This document shows positions 39,023-52,881 of a DNA stretch of 64,000 nt, piece after piece. This stretch comes from Phaeosaccion multiseriatum (taxonomy: Eukaryota; Protista; Ochrophyta, other classes): NCBI GenBank assembly GCA_965112735.1, contig OZ218960.1, forward strand, positions 310,001-374,000, in the 5' to 3' direction. A program made the position numbers and the translations under genes. The notes under the pieces were generated by a model, which worked only from the letters and a program-made list of their open reading frames with translations, searched no databases and was not told where the DNA came from. Every line of letters starts with the position of its first letter. Position 1 is the stretch's first letter.

Positions 39023-39177
39023 TGCTGACTAGTGCTGGCTAGTACTGAGGAGGACGAGAAGAAGACTAGTGCTGGCGAGTACTGAGGAGGAGGAGAAGAA
39101 GACTAGTGCTGGCGAGTACTGAGGAGGAGGAGAAGAAGACTAGTGCTGGCGAGTACTGAGGAGGAGGAGAAGAACAA
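39017..39177. repeat. 37-bp minisatellite (~4 copies) starting at the nitroreductase stop codon
   Basis: gactagtgctggcgagtactgaggaggaggagaagaa occurs at 39027 (variant), 39064, 39101 and 39138. Confidence 0.9.
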
Positions 39178-39803
39178 GTACACGGAGATGGAGGAGGTAC
39201 CTTACGGTCGTCGAGGCTGTGGGAGACAGCGCGGTCTGTCGATATCGATGGATACAAACGGGTGCAAGATGGAAAAGGAAGGAGGAACAACTCCCGAAAC
39301 TGTTGCAGAGAGTGCGGTTCGCAGATACACCCCCCCCAAACACACGCTGGCAAAGCAGCTATGCACGCTCACGCAGGAGCAGACGGCAGACGCCAGACGC
39401 CAGACGACGCCCCTCGCACGGGCTTGGGCTTGGCAGCCCATACAACGCCGTGGCTTTGGCTGTGGCTTTGAGTGCACTAGAGCAATGCAATGGATAGAAC
39501 GGCGATCTTCTTCTCTTCGAGGCGTGCGGATGAGTCAGAGCGCCTGGGGAGGGAAGGAAGAGGAAAAAAGAATCCCTCTTCTTTGTTATCCACTTGGGAG
39601 GAGTGTAGTTAGTTGTGTTCAAAAAGAAGAAAAAAAGAAACAATCTACTTTATTTATAAAGACAACACAAGGATGTGATGTTGTATGCAAAACTCTGATC
39701 ACCATTCCTCAGGTGGCCCTGTTCTGCCCCCCTTTCCCCCTCCCCCCTCCCCTCTCCTCTCCATTTTTGTATATTAATCTGTCAATGTATGGGGGGGGGG
39801 TGT

Positions 39804-39839
<36 letters not shown>

Positions 39840-40353
39840 CTGTGTGTGAGGCTGGTCTTACGTGCAGTGTACAGTCACCCCTCGGTGTGGGGGGCAGAGG
39901 ACAGAGGCCGGGCCGTTGAGCCCCCCCGGGGTATCTTGATCTACCCCCCCCCCCCCCGGGTATCTTGATCTGCCCCGCCCGCCCCCCCGTCTCTCGCCCC
40001 CCCTCCCTCCTCTCTGAATAATGTACACATCTTCACACGGCACCCCTCCCCCCCCCCCTCTTGTCTCCACAGCCCCAACACGGCTGCCTCTTGGTGACTG
40101 ACTCGACTCGAAAGAGGTCTGTGTAAGCAAGACATCCACACGCCCGACACCTCTCTCTCTCTCTCTCTCGCCAACTGACTCAGGATACTCTGGATATGGT
40201 CGGGTGAGCAGGGCATGACAGCACGCGGCCCTCCGACAGCTCTAAGAGGGGCACAACCTATTAATGTCCTGCTAGCCCCACCCCTCTCCCGACTCAGTCA
40301 CCAGTTACCAATAACCGCCGGAATAACTGCCTGCAGAGGGGTACCAAGGCGGG

Positions 40354-42645
40354 CTAGGCGTCTCTGTCCATGACAGTGAGGCCTTTTCGCCCCAGGGAGA
40401 TGAAGCCGATATCGTCCCCTCCCAGCTCCACGTCATCGGACGCCTTCGGAGGGGCGTGGGGTGGGGCGGGACGGGCAAGTGCGTGAGAGGCAGCAAGTGC
40501 GACTCTTCCTCTCTCCCTCTCTCTCTCCCTCTCTCTCCCTCCCTCTCTCCCCCTCTTCCTCCCTCTCTCCCTCTCTCCCCATCTTCCTCCCTCCCTCCCT
40601 TCCTCCCTCCCTCCCTCCCTCCCTCACCCCTGCCTCACCTCTGCCAGCTCCATTTCATCGAAGAATACAGGGTGTATGTACTCTCCGCTCTGTCCGCAGT
40701 AGTACATCTCGTCCTCCTCGGCCACTTGGTTCCAGTCGTAGCCCTCCGCGTCGAACTCCAACATGTTACGGTACACCATCTGTGAATCAAACACACAGGC
40801 ACACACATATCAAGGACAGACACGCACGCACACACATATATATCAGGGGCACAAACGCACACCCACACACACACCTAGCAGGGGTAGAAACGCACAGACA
40901 CAGGCAGAGGCGCACATACACACGCGCACACACACACACGCACACACACGCACACACACACGCACACACACGCACACACACGCACACACACACACACACA
41001 CACTACACACACACACACACACACGCACACACACACACGCACACACACACACACTTACCTCTCTGATCTCGCCTGCGCTGGCCCAGTAGCTCCTCCTTAC
41101 CCTGTTGCTGTACTCCGTGTGGAGCGGAATGTGCACGGCAGCCACCGTGTCCTTGAAGTGCACGCGCTTGTGCGGACACCCCCCTTCCCTCCCCCCTTCC
41201 CTCCCCCCTTCCCTCCCCCCTCCCCCTCCTTCTTCCTTGCGCTCCTCGGCTGCTCCCCCGTCGCTGCGTTCGCTCTCCTTCTCTTCCCCGCCCTGCCACC
41301 CTCCTCCTCCTGTATCACCAACTGCTGCTGTTCCTTGGGCCTCTGCTGGCACTCCTCGGGCCTCCAGGTCTCCCGCCGTGCTCCCCGCCTTGCCCGCCGC
41401 TTCTCGCTCGCAGGCCCTGCAGTAGCGCTTGGCTTGGTTGCCATTACTGCTGCTCTCACCCCCACCCACAAACGTGTTTAAAACCTTCACCAACAGGTCG
41501 TCAAACCCCTCATCCCGGGGGGGGTCTTTGAGTTTCAGTTGGATGGGAGGTCCCATCCGCCGCCGTGCGAATCTCCTCTTGATGGGGGGCGGCTTTTGCG
41601 GAGGCCCTGCTGCACCCCCCCCCCCTCCAATGCCGAGGCTGAGCATGTAGACAGCACGCACATCCCTGCCACCTCTCTGAGAGGGGGAGGGGGAGGAGGA
41701 CTTGAGGAAGCACTCGCTGGGCAAGGGAGAGGCCGAGGGGAGGGGGGACACAGACCCAGACAGGGATTGGAAGGGCGAGGATGGAGAAGAAGTAGGGGGA
41801 GAAGGAGAAGCGTCGCCGGCAGGGGACGGTGCCGCCCGAGTTGGCGTCGTGTTGTCTGCTTCTTGTCCTTCTCTTGTTCCCTCCTCCGTCCCGGCCTTCT
41901 TCAGACTGATCCCAGAAGGGGCGCCTTCGTTCACAGACTCCGTGGATGGAGGGGCCAGAGGCCTTTGCCCCGACGTTTCTCCCCCCGCCCCCTGAGGCGG
42001 CTGTATTTGTATCACCAACTGTTCCTCGTCCTCCCCCTGCTGCTGCTGCTGCTCCTCCTTGTCGCCCAGTGACTGCGCATGGCTCTTGTCCTTCCCGCCC
42101 TCGCCCCCTTCAACGAGCTCCTCCCCGCCCTTCCCTACGTCCTCCTCCCCCCCCTCCCCGTGGTCAGCCTCGTCCTCGTCGTCGTCGTCGTCGTCCTCCG
42201 TCGATGAAGGTTCTGTGGCCCGGAAGACACTAAACTCATCATCGCTCACAAAGAGGGTGTCTCGCAGCTTGGCGGCCTGGTCCTGATCCCACTTCTTAAG
42301 GTGCCGTGCGGACAACCGATGCTGGGGCTTTTGAATCTCCTTCTGTTCAATGGTGTCTCGGTCCACCTTCAAACACGCCTTCGGCCCCTCCCGCTGCTCT
42401 ACGTGCTGCGCTAACGTCAACTGCTGCAGCTGTTGACCTGCATGCTGCTCCGCTCCAGCCGCCTTCTTCTCCTGCTGGTCATGGTCCTCCTTCTCCCCCC
42501 CGCCCTTCCCCTGCTCCTGCCCCCCCTCCTGCTGCTGCTGCCGCTGTTGCTGATGCTGCTTGCTCTTCTCCAGGGCGTGTCTCTTCTCAAGCTCGCGGAG
42601 CATGGCATCGGGAAGCAGCGCCCGGGGCTGCGTGAAGGCGGACAT
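40354..42645 (-). CDS. Uncharacterised low-complexity protein with C-terminal RVxF-containing domain
   Basis: Exons 42645-~41058, ~40779-40639 and ~40443-40354. C-terminal region: [37 protein letters not shown]|[37 protein letters not shown]. Confidence 0.7.
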
Positions 42646-43246
42646 GTTTTGTTTCGTATTTTCGACTATAAGCTTCAGTCCGCCCAGCTGCGATGAAGCA
42701 CTCGAGCCTAGAGATCCCTAGGTTGTCTGGAGACTGTGACTGAAGCAGATGTCCTCACCCTCACGAGCGCTTGTCGCTGTTTGTCCTGCGTGGTGCCCAA
42801 TGACGAGCGCAAAAACTCCCTGACGTCTGCTCGCTCGTCCCTAACTGTCGTGGGAGTTATTCTCCGAATGATGAGCATCCTGTCTCTGGCTTCTTCCTGC
42901 TGAGTATGGCATGCTCTCTTCGCTTGTCGGTTCAAGGTACATACATGTACGGGGGGGTTGTTTGGTGCCGTGCTTGATGCCCCGAATTGCAGGGAGCACT
43001 TGGCTGCTCCCAATCCTGCTGTCTACGGCCGCTACTGCGTCGGGGGCTGCTCCTGGTCCGCCCCTGCTTCTGTAGACTGGCAGCTTACTTCTCTCCGGGC
43101 TGTGGCCTTGCCCTTTCTACTCGCTCGTTCCTGTTGATTCGATTTTATGCTTTGGGTGGTCCAAACCCCGGGGGCCATACCGTTACGATTGCTTATCCAG
43201 GATATCCTTACCTTGGGAGAGGGGAGAGGGAAGGCTCCTTGGTGTC

Positions 43247-43273
43247 ATGTTGGCCGAGAGTAGAAGTCGAGGA

Positions 43274-43307
<34 letters not shown>

Positions 43308-44554
43308 GAGGAGGAGGAGGAGGAGGAGGGGGAGGAGGCGGAGGGGGAGGAGGAGAGGGAGGAGGGGAGGAGGCTCGGCGGCGGCCTTCAGCTCTAAGAG
43401 CACCAATAGCAGGAGGCGAGCAGCCGGACCTTAATTCGTCGAGCTTCTCCACCGCATTTCGGTCCCGAGTAAGGGCACGGCCAGCGTCAAGAGCTCGAAG
43501 AGAGGAGGGAGGAGTGGAGGACGACCTTCCCTATTTGTACAGCGATCCCTCGGCTATCGTCGCAGAAGCGGAGGCCACTGCGCTTGCAAACGTCGATAGG
43601 ACCAGCAGTGGCGGGAGTGTGGGTGGCATAGTGGCGTCTCTCAGCGCCTACGCGCACTTCCTAAGCGATGTTGGACGCGACAAGGAGGCGGCTGAGCACT
43701 TTGAGAAGGCCATTGCGGCAGCAGAAGACAGTCCCAATATGAGGAGTGATGTTGACCAGGACACCTTGGCGTCCTGTCTAGCCTGGTACGCCTCCTTGGT
43801 GGAGGGGAGGGGCACGAAGGAATCTGTCTTGAAGGCCGAGGGGCTGTACAAGAGGGCCCTGCAGCTCTGCCCACGCCACGCCCTGGCCATGGGCAACTAT
43901 GCTGTGTTTCTACACCGCATAAAGAAGGTCAGTGGGGGCTGACAGCAGGGACGGGGGCACCAAGGGGCGAGGGGGCGAGGGGTGAAGGGTAGGGGTGAGC
44001 TCTTGCTCTTGTGTGCACTCCCTCCCTGGAAGTTTCGATGGAGCTTGGACGACGACCGAGGCCAGACGTGCATCTCAGAAGATTCGAAGATGCGCCGCCC
44101 TCGTGCTGTGTCCTCACTCTCGTGTCCTCACTGCACAGCGCCAGCCTCACTCCATGTCCGATGCCATGCAACCCCTGAACGCCGTCCCTAATTCCGTCAC
44201 CTCATCACTTCCAACTTCCCTACCTCTTGCAACCTTCTCATTCGCGTGCGAAAGGAGTACAAGGCCGCAGACAAGGCCTACACGTCCGCCATCGCCGCCT
44301 ACCCGGCCCACGCCTCCGTGCTGTGCAAGTACGGGAGCTTCCTAAAGCACGTGCGCAAGAAGTTCGACGCAGCGCAGAGCATGTTCGAGAGAGCCATAGA
44401 GGTAGGTAGGTAGGTGGGAGGAGTGAGTACCTCTGCTTCTTCACAGCCTGTGCTGGGTCTATATATACATAGCGAGGGAGCAGAAGGAGAGAGCTAAGTA
44501 TCACCGCGGGTGAAACAAAGTCATGCTAAGGTGGGTGCGTGTGCGTGTTTGTGC

Positions 44555-44610
<56 letters not shown>

Positions 44611-46208
44611 ATCTCAGGCGAACCCCACCCACGCTGAGAGCCTGGGAAACCTCGCTGTGCTTCTACACGGCGTGACGGGGGACTACGCCAAGGCCGAGAC
44701 CCTGTACGAGCGGGCCGTGTACTGCGACCCTCACAACGTCAACAACCTCTCCAACTACGGCTTATTCCTGGCCGAGGTGAGGGTAGACCGTACCAAGGCC
44801 GAGTCCATGTATCGCAAGGCTGTTGAGCTGGACCCGCAGCACGCCAACTCTATCTACAATTACGCCGTGCTGCTGGACAGCGGGCTCAAAGAGGTCAAGC
44901 GGGCAGAGGCCATGTACAGGTGGGAAGATCGATGGGTGTTGGTGTTTGTGGTGCGTATTGTTCTATAGAAGGTAGATGGGTGGTGGAGGTGGATGGAATG
45001 GTGTTGATGTGATTCCTTCTATAAAGGTAGGTGGGTGTGAGTCAGTGTGTATTGGTCTGTGCAGGTGCGGTGTCGTTCGTTGACAAGAGTCCCTCACGCT
45101 CACGCTCTCACCCCCCCCCTCTCCAACCCCTAAGGGAGGGCAAGGCCGCTCCACACATGTTTGCATGCTTGCCAACCCCGCCCAACCCAATACTTGCTAC
45201 CCCCCCCCCCCCATCCCCCCTCCCCTCTGACTCCTTGTGCCCTCCTCCCCCCCCCCCCTTCCCTCCAGACGCTGCCTTCAGACCAACCCTCGTCACTCGT
45301 ACGCACTCTACAACCTCGCCGTGCTGGTGGAGGAGCACGGGGACACCAAGGAGGCCAAGACTCTCTTCCTCCGGGCCATTGACGCGGGGCCGGACGACGC
45401 TCTCGCGCTGGCGGACTACGGCAGGTTAGTAGCTAGGGCGAGGACAGGGAGCCAGTAGGGGGAGCAGATGGCCCTCAATGGCACCTAATGGCGGGTCGGG
45501 AGGCAAGCCCTTGACTTGACTTTTTGGGCTGAGTAGGATGCTTAGGGTAGTAGATGAGAGAGAGGGAGAGAGGGAGAGAGGGAGGAAGAGCGAGAGAGAG
45601 CAAAGGTGCCTGGCGCAACAAAAGCCGACTTTGGTCCCGCCCATCTGCGCCCCTTCCTCTCCCCCTCCCTCCTCAAGCCCAGCTCCAAACCAGCAAGAGG
45701 AGCACCAGGAACAAACACAACCCAACCCTGACCGCCGACCCCTTGCTACCACCTGCCCATCCCCCGACCCCCGCCGACCACTGACCATTTGCTACCATCC
45801 GAAGGTTCCTCGCCAATGTGGAGCAGGCGTACGACGAGGCCGAGCGGTACCTCAAGGCCGCCCTCAAGACTGACCCTGAATGCGCCACGGCCCTCTTCAA
45901 CATGGGCAAGCTCTGCCAGCACAGGGGGCAGCAGGAGGAGGCGAGGCGCCTCTTCGAGAGAGCCACATGCGCCAAGACCGATCACGCAGGGGCGAGGCAC
46001 TGCCTGGCCAGGCTCATGCTGGCGGCAGGAGAGGGTACGTACCTTCCCGTAACGTTCTGCGTGTCTCCGTTTCGGTTTCAGTTTATTGAGCGGAGGGCCT
46101 TTTGGAGTCGGTGTAGCGATGCGCTCGCGGGGCTCCCACACGCCGGGTAGAAGAGTGATGTCTTGCGTACAGACTGAACTGACCGATGCCTCTCTCTCCG
46201 TCTCTCTC

Positions 46209-46255
<47 letters not shown>

Positions 46256-46767
46256 TTCTCGCCCGGGCGACTTGAACATTCGATACCTACATCGACACGA
46301 AAAATCGATACCTATATGGACGTGAAAAACCCACCAGACCCCCTCTTGATTCGAGAGCACTTTGCCATCGCGCACAAAGCGGAGCCCAAGAACCTCGACA
46401 TTATTCTCGAGTACGCGCAGCTGCTGGGCAGGGAGGGACAGGGGCAGGGGCAGGACGCAAGACTGGCGCAGGAGGTAAGAAGGGAGAACATGTTCTGTAC
46501 CTCTTTCTCTCTCTCGCTCTCTCCCTCTCTCTCTCGTTCTATCCCGCGATGCCTTCATCTGATTCCTTCCTCTGTTTTGTGTGTGTATGTGTGCGTGCGT
46601 GCGTGGTGCGTGCGTGCGTGCGTGCGTGCGTGTGTGTGTGCTTTGTCTGCTCTCAATCTCTGCACCAGCTGTACGACCTGGCGCGCTCTTTGGGGGGGCA
46701 GGACAACGTACACGTTCAAAGGGCGCGACAGTCCTTCGCCACGCTCCACTCCCGCCGTCACCAACAG

Positions 46768-46807
<40 letters not shown>

Positions 46808-47040
46808 CAGGCAGCAGCGGCGTAAGGAGGAGCAATAGCCTTAGCACAGGGACAGTCCCTCTATCCACAGCAGCGCCGGCGGAAGGCTCTTACTCGCGGA
46901 GTAGCAGCAGCAGCCAAAACAACAGTAGCACCACTAACAACAACAGCACTGCCGGTGGGAGTGCCCCTCGAGCGATAGCGGCACCTCACCGCCATGAGCA
47001 GCAGCAACAACAACGTGTGTCGAGGCGGAACAGTTCCTAA
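43247..47040 (+). CDS. Tetratricopeptide-repeat protein, multi-exon
   Basis: About 10 TPR units, e.g. KAEGLYKRALQLCPRHALAMGNYAVFL, KAETLYERAVYCDPHNVNNLSNYGLFL and KAESMYRKAVELDPQHANSIYNYAVLL. Confidence 0.9.
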
Positions 47041-47405
47041 TATTATTTGGAGGTCTTGCTGTTGTTGGGGGGGGGAAGGGGTAGGGAGGATGGCAGCTGA
47101 AGTACCGCGGCCAGACTTTAGTTTGCGGTAACTGTGAGGGCCTCTTGTGTCGATACAAGGCAAGGGCCGTAACCTCCCTCCGTAAACTCCCTTGAGCCCC
47201 TTTTCCTTTTTACACTGACACCTCAGCTCACTCCCTTTTCTACACTTTGATCACTTGGACATTTTGAAGATGATGGCAGGGCGCCACTGAAACTCAAACT
47301 GCTCCTCTCCACACCCACCATCCCCCTCTCCCACTCCCGCTCTCCCAGCTCTAACCTCTGCTTTACCTCACTCTCCACCTTCCCTTCCTCCTTTAGACGA
47401 GTGTA

Positions 47406-48410
47406 ATGTCAGCCGCTGCGTATATCCCTTCACTCTCATCAACCTGTGCTCTGCTCCGCAAGGCGTATCCCGCTGTGGCGGGAGGCAACCTTGTTCAATG
47501 GGATCCGCCAATCCGCCAGTGCAGACCGGCGCCGGAGGGCTGGAGATACGGCTGGAATATGAGTAGCAGAAGCGTCAAGAGAAGGAGCAGCAGCAGCAGC
47601 AGCAGCAGCAGTAGCGCCCTTTTGAACGCCTTGCCCGCTGATCAGAGGGAGGCCTTGTTTGGGCATCACGACAAGCTCTATGAGAAGGATGGAATCATCA
47701 TCCCAGTATGCCATGTACGTCCTTGCTGTGGAGCATAGGAGAAGCCCCCATTGCTCAGCCTGACGTGCACTCACTGCCTCCACTTCCCTTCTCCCCCTTT
47801 CCCTTATATCCCTCCGTCCTTCTTTGTCCTGTCCTCTGTCCCTCAGACTGTAGTACCTCACCCAGCACCTGCATTTACTGCCTGTCCTCTCTGTACCTGA
47901 ACCCACTGCCTGTCCTGTCCTCTCTCCCTCAGGACCCCTGCAGCATCGCTGTGCGAGAGTGGGTCCGTCGCGTCGTGGTGGGCAAAAATTTATGTCCGTT
48001 TGCAAGGGAGGCGCTGGAGGGCGGGCAGGAGCACAGACCAGCTATGAGAGTCGTCACCGTGGACGGGCGGGAATCAGCAGCACCTGAAGAAGGAGGAGGA
48101 GCTGGGAAGGGCGAGGTCGAGGGCGATGAGCAGGGTGGGGATGACGACATGTCGAACGTGCTCAATACCATCATCGACATTGTGCAGGTGGGTGTGCACT
48201 TCCTCTCTATCCCCGGGGGATGGATGGTTCTTTGGCTCTTTTCTCCAACTCTACGGCTCCTTCCCAAACTCTCTCTCTCTCTCTCGCTCGCTCGCTCTTT
48301 CTCTCCCCCTCGCTCTCTCACTCTGCTTCTCCTTCACACTTTCTCTCACTCTAATGCTCCATCCCGAACTCGCTCTCTCACTTGCTCGCTCTTTCTCCCC
48401 CCCTCGCTCT

Positions 48411-48455
<45 letters not shown>

Positions 48456-49233
48456 ACTCCCTCTCTCTTTCTCAGACGGAGGCTCGAGGTCTGGCCCACC
48501 TCCCCCCCGGGGACAAGATGACGTCACTGGTGGTGTGCCGGCCGCCCCTCCTGGAGAGCTTCCCTGACTTCATGGACCTTACCACTCTCCTCAGCGACAT
48601 CCTCGCCAATGACAAGCAGATACAGGCGAAGGTCAGCTTCAGAGCCAGGCATATCGGCAGCCGGCAGGCAGGCGTATGGGCAGGGAGAGAAGATACGGGC
48701 AGGAGGCAGAGGGCCTTCCTTCTTTGAGAGATGCCCTTCTGGAGTGTCTATAGTCTCCTGTCTCCTTTTTATCTGGTCGCCACTCAACTCGGACGCCCCA
48801 AGTGATCAGCAGTGGAACATTTCTTTCTCTTACCCTTCCCCCGTGTGCTTGAACCACCAACGCGCCTCCAACACCCCTCCAACCCCTTCTCCAGGTGCAG
48901 CTCGCAACGTTCCACCCGGCCTACCAGTTCGCCGACAGCCAAGAGGACAGTGTCGAGAACTTCACCAACCGCTCCCCCTTCCCCGTGTTCCACTTGCTGC
49001 GGGAGGAGGAGGTGAGCGTCGCCATCGATGAGTACGAGGGAGACACGAACGACATTTGGAAGCGCAACCTCGTCACCATGCAGGAGCTGGGCACGGCCCA
49101 CATGGAGGAGCTCCTCAAGACCTGCAAGGAGGCGGCGGAGGATGGGCCCCCAGAAGGAGACGAGGGATCACAAAGCAGCGGCTCGAGTGGAGAAGAGGGG
49201 GCAGCAGCACGGGAAGGAGAGGGGGTGGCTTAA
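47406..49233 (+). CDS. DUF1415 family protein, multi-exon
   Basis: Motifs VREWVRRVVVGKNLCPFA and QLATFHPAYQFADSQEDSVENFTNRSPFPVFHLLREEEV...IWKRN. Confidence 0.88.
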
Positions 49234-49589
49234 ATTTTGTTCAGTTACGATATGATGAAGGACAAGACGGTCGGATGCCCCCCCCCAAGGGCAGGACAAG
49301 CCGGCGGCCTGGCCAATTTTCCAGGTGGGTCCATACAATTTATGGTTCCAATAAAGGCACGATAAGATTTTGTTCACAAAATTTAAGATCAATTTAATTC
49401 GTTTCATTTTCTCTTTTCCATCTCCTGGATCCACTTTGTTGTTTGAGGAGTGGCATGCAGAAAACCAAAATAAGAGATGAAAAGATCTATGTCTATATAC
49501 GCTTACAACCTACAACCTCTCGTGCATCTGATCGTACCAGTCAGCTCACAACTCGCTGAAGTGTTAGAGGAGAAGGGGTTTTGGCAAAG

Positions 49590-52015
49590 ATGAAGTTTGC
49601 GAACTTGAGCCTGCTGCTCCTGGCGCTGCCCGCGTCCGTGCTGCTGGCGAAGGAAATTCCTCTTCCTGCAACTGGTTGCACGGGCTTCGCAAGTGAGTCG
49701 CGTGCTTGTCCTCAACTCCTCTCCTTTCAATTCATCGCGTCCTCTCCCGGATCTCTCATCCTATGTTGTTCTTGCTTAGCTATCTTCCCCACCCCCCTTT
49801 CTCCCCTGAGCTTGGTCTCTGCCTGATGAGATAGTTTCAAGCACTCGTGGGACATGGGATAGGAGCATCACAGTCAAGAATGCCCCGCTTTTGTTTTACC
49901 ACTTTCTTCTTACCTCCTCTCCTTGTTGGGTTGGATCCCCCGCTCTCCTGCGCACCACCCACGACGTACTCTACAATGACATGCAGCGTCCTACGACGCG
50001 GTAACGAGGCTGACCACCTGGACTGCTTCGTCGTCCCTGACCTGCGGCAACACGAGCACCAGTCAGTTCCTCTCCGTGGAGGAAGAGGGTGACGGCCTGA
50101 TTGTAAGACGAAAAAGAAGACATAGGCAGAGGGAGCGAGGCAGGCAGGTGACGTGGGTCATCGTTTGACACCCTCGTCCTCGACTCATGCCTCCCCTTCC
50201 CCCTTTCCCTTGGCAATCTGACCCCATGACCTCACCACCATCAAACAGATCGATGTGGGCGCCTACGACGTGGTGTTTGTGGGTGTGGGGTTTTCTATTG
50301 GGAGCATTGACGCTGTTCGCGTCCCCGGAGCTCGCAACTTGTGCTCGAGAAACTCTTTAGAAATTGTCGGAGATGCCAATGTTGGGTCCGTCACCTTCGA
50401 CGGCTCTGGAAATGGATTGACGGCTCTGACTCTAAACGGTGACGGTGCGAATGCCGAAATCGCGGTCCCAGCGTTCCTCGAGCAGTGGGTGAGAGAGCTG
50501 CTGCCCCCTTCTCTTCTACCTGCTGCCACTGAGCTGCTGCCCCCTTCTCTCTTCTACCTGCTGCCAATGCAACTGCTACTTATCCACACCATGAATTTGT
50601 TTTGTTTTGTTCGCCCTTTGCTACGACGCACAGGACTCCGGGGCCCGGTTTGAATCTCCGTTTTGCTGCAGGCTCACCTTCCTGTCCGACGCGGTGTTCA
50701 TCGGCATGGAAAACATTGGGCTCTTCGGTCGGGAAGGAGGTGAGCGCCAGACGAGCGCCAGACACACCCACTGCCATACCCTAGACACAGCAACAGCCAT
50801 ACCCCAGGCGGCTGCATTGGCCTGCGCTACGGCTCGGTGGACTCCTTCTGTCTCCTGCAGGGGGTGACGTGTGTAAATGTCAAAGATGGCTGACCCCCTC
50901 CTCTCTCCTCTCTTCTCTGTACTGTGTCTGCACTGTGTGTCTCTCTCTCAGGCACGTGGGAGGTGCGTGGGCGAGCTGCGTTTCACGATACCCCCCTTTC
51001 GGCCCTTCAATACTCTACCCTGGACTTCAGGCCCAACAGCTTCGACTCCTGCGTGGAGCTCGGAACTGATGTAAGAGAACTTCTTTCTGCCTTCCTACAA
51101 CACATCTCCGTGCTGACTTGCCCTTCGACACAATGCACTCCCATGCAGGTGGCCATCCCAGGACCAAACATAGAGTTCGAGCTTTGCGCAGATGCCATCT
51201 ACGCACCGACGCAGGTATGTCACAATCGTCCTTCTTTCACCCTTGTTGCGGCTCAACTAAGCTGTGCTTCCACCATCTGCTTCCCTCCTGTGCTCTCCTG
51301 CGCGGCCACGAATCGTCTTCCTCAGGCACCGACCACGCCCCCCCCCACCGTGAACTGTGCCGCGTTGGGGTGGGAAGGTAGCTGTGGAGCCTTCACCGAC
51401 GCTGAGTCGTGCAACTGCTGGACTCTGTCCTCCTTCGCGTGCTCGTGGTCGGGCAGCAGCTGCGGCACTGGCAGTGGTGACATCATCAGTCCCACCCCCA
51501 CGCCTCCTCCCATCACCCCCGCCCCCCCTGTGACTGCCCCCATTGACGTGAACTGTGCCGGGCTGGGATGGGCGGGTAGTTGCGGTGCCTTCACCGACGC
51601 TGCTTCGTGCAACTGCTGGACTCTGTCCTCCTTCGCGTGCTCGTGGTCGGGCAGCAGCTGCGGCACTGGCAGTGGTGACATCATCAGTCCCACCCCCACT
51701 CCCCCCCCGGTGACTGCCGTGGACTGTCCCTCGCTTGGATGGGAAGGTAGTTGCGGTGCCTTCACCGACGCTGCTTCGTGCAACTGCTGGACTCTGTCCT
51801 CCTTCGCGTGCTCGTGGTCGGGCAGCAGCTGCGGCACTGGCAGTGGTGACATCATCAGTCCCACCCCCACTCCCCCCCCGGTGACTGCCGTGGACTGTCC
51901 CTCGCTTGGATGGGAAGGTAGCTGCGGCGCCTTCACCGACGAGGCCTCGTGCGAGTGCTGGGCTCTGTCGGACTTCGCGTGCGCGTGGAGCTCTTCCGAG
52001 CAGCAGTGCAGCTGA
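49590..52015 (+). CDS. Secreted protein: beta-rich head of unknown family plus 4 Trp/Cys-rich modules
   Basis: Signal peptide MKFANLSLLLLALPASVLLA and ~7 exons that splice in frame. The last exon (~51326-52015) has 4 copies of CxxLGWxGSCGAFTDxxSCxCWxLSxFACxWS separated by Pro/Thr linkers. Confidence 0.75.
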
Positions 52016-52881
52016 TGCCCTCGTGGGTAGGGCGCGAACACGCTCTGCCCGTGCACACCCAGTAGCTAGGCGCCTTAATTAAGGCTGTGTGTATGTGACG
52101 TACGACTGACTGATGCTTCGGGCTTTCTTGAGAGCCGTAGAATGCTTGGTTAATGGCGCAAGTTCGCATTGGGCGTAATGCTTGGTCAGTATCCAAGGAA
52201 TGTAATGTGGTGAGTCTTCCTTGGTGTGTGTGTGTGTGCGCGCGTAGAGGTATGTTTAGCCGACCCCCCTGACGTGCTACCGAGCGATTCTCGGTAGCGG
52301 GCCCTCCGGACCCAGTAGCATGGACCCGGTAGCATGCTACTGGCGACCGGCCGGTAACAGGCAGCTCGCCAGCTCACGCTGTAGCAGGTAGCAGCTAGCT
52401 CACGCCGACGGTGGCGGCTGATGGTTGGCCGGCCGGCCGGTCGGCAGGTAGCAGGTCAAGGTCGGCTGACGCCGGGGGTAGCAGGTAGCACGTTGGCTGA
52501 CGCCGGGGGTAGCAGGTAGCAGGTAGCAGGCCGCCTATTGTGGGTGTCTCTGTGTCTCCGGGGAGGGGAGGTGCTAACAAGCAGCAGGCAGGTCAGGGCC
52601 CCGGGTCGAATTTAGCGCGTAATTATTACAGGGAGCCCCCCTGTATCACCAACACACTTTCCTTTTCCCTCCTTCGTGGTGGCGGCAAATTCGCCCTCCT
52701 CTCAAATCATTCCACCCCCCACCTTATATACCATGCACAAGGATATTTCCAGCACAGCAGGGTCGAGGGCTTCAGTAGCCAGGAGGGGAGGCCATCCTAC
52801 AACTGCGCTGCTGCTCGAAACCAACCACGCACAAAGAGCGGTGCCAATCACGCCTGCTGTTCCAAACACACCACAAACAAG

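Noticed and set aside
39017-39177. 37-bp repeats resembling a CRISPR array
   Set aside because: The units are directly adjacent with no unique spacers, there are no cas genes, and the context is eukaryotic.
51350-52012. Assigning the Trp/Cys module to fungal dockerin (CBM10) or PSI domains
   Set aside because: The resemblance is superficial (C..LG[WY]..C..[FY]TD) and the Cys spacing differs. It cannot be supported without a profile or structure search.
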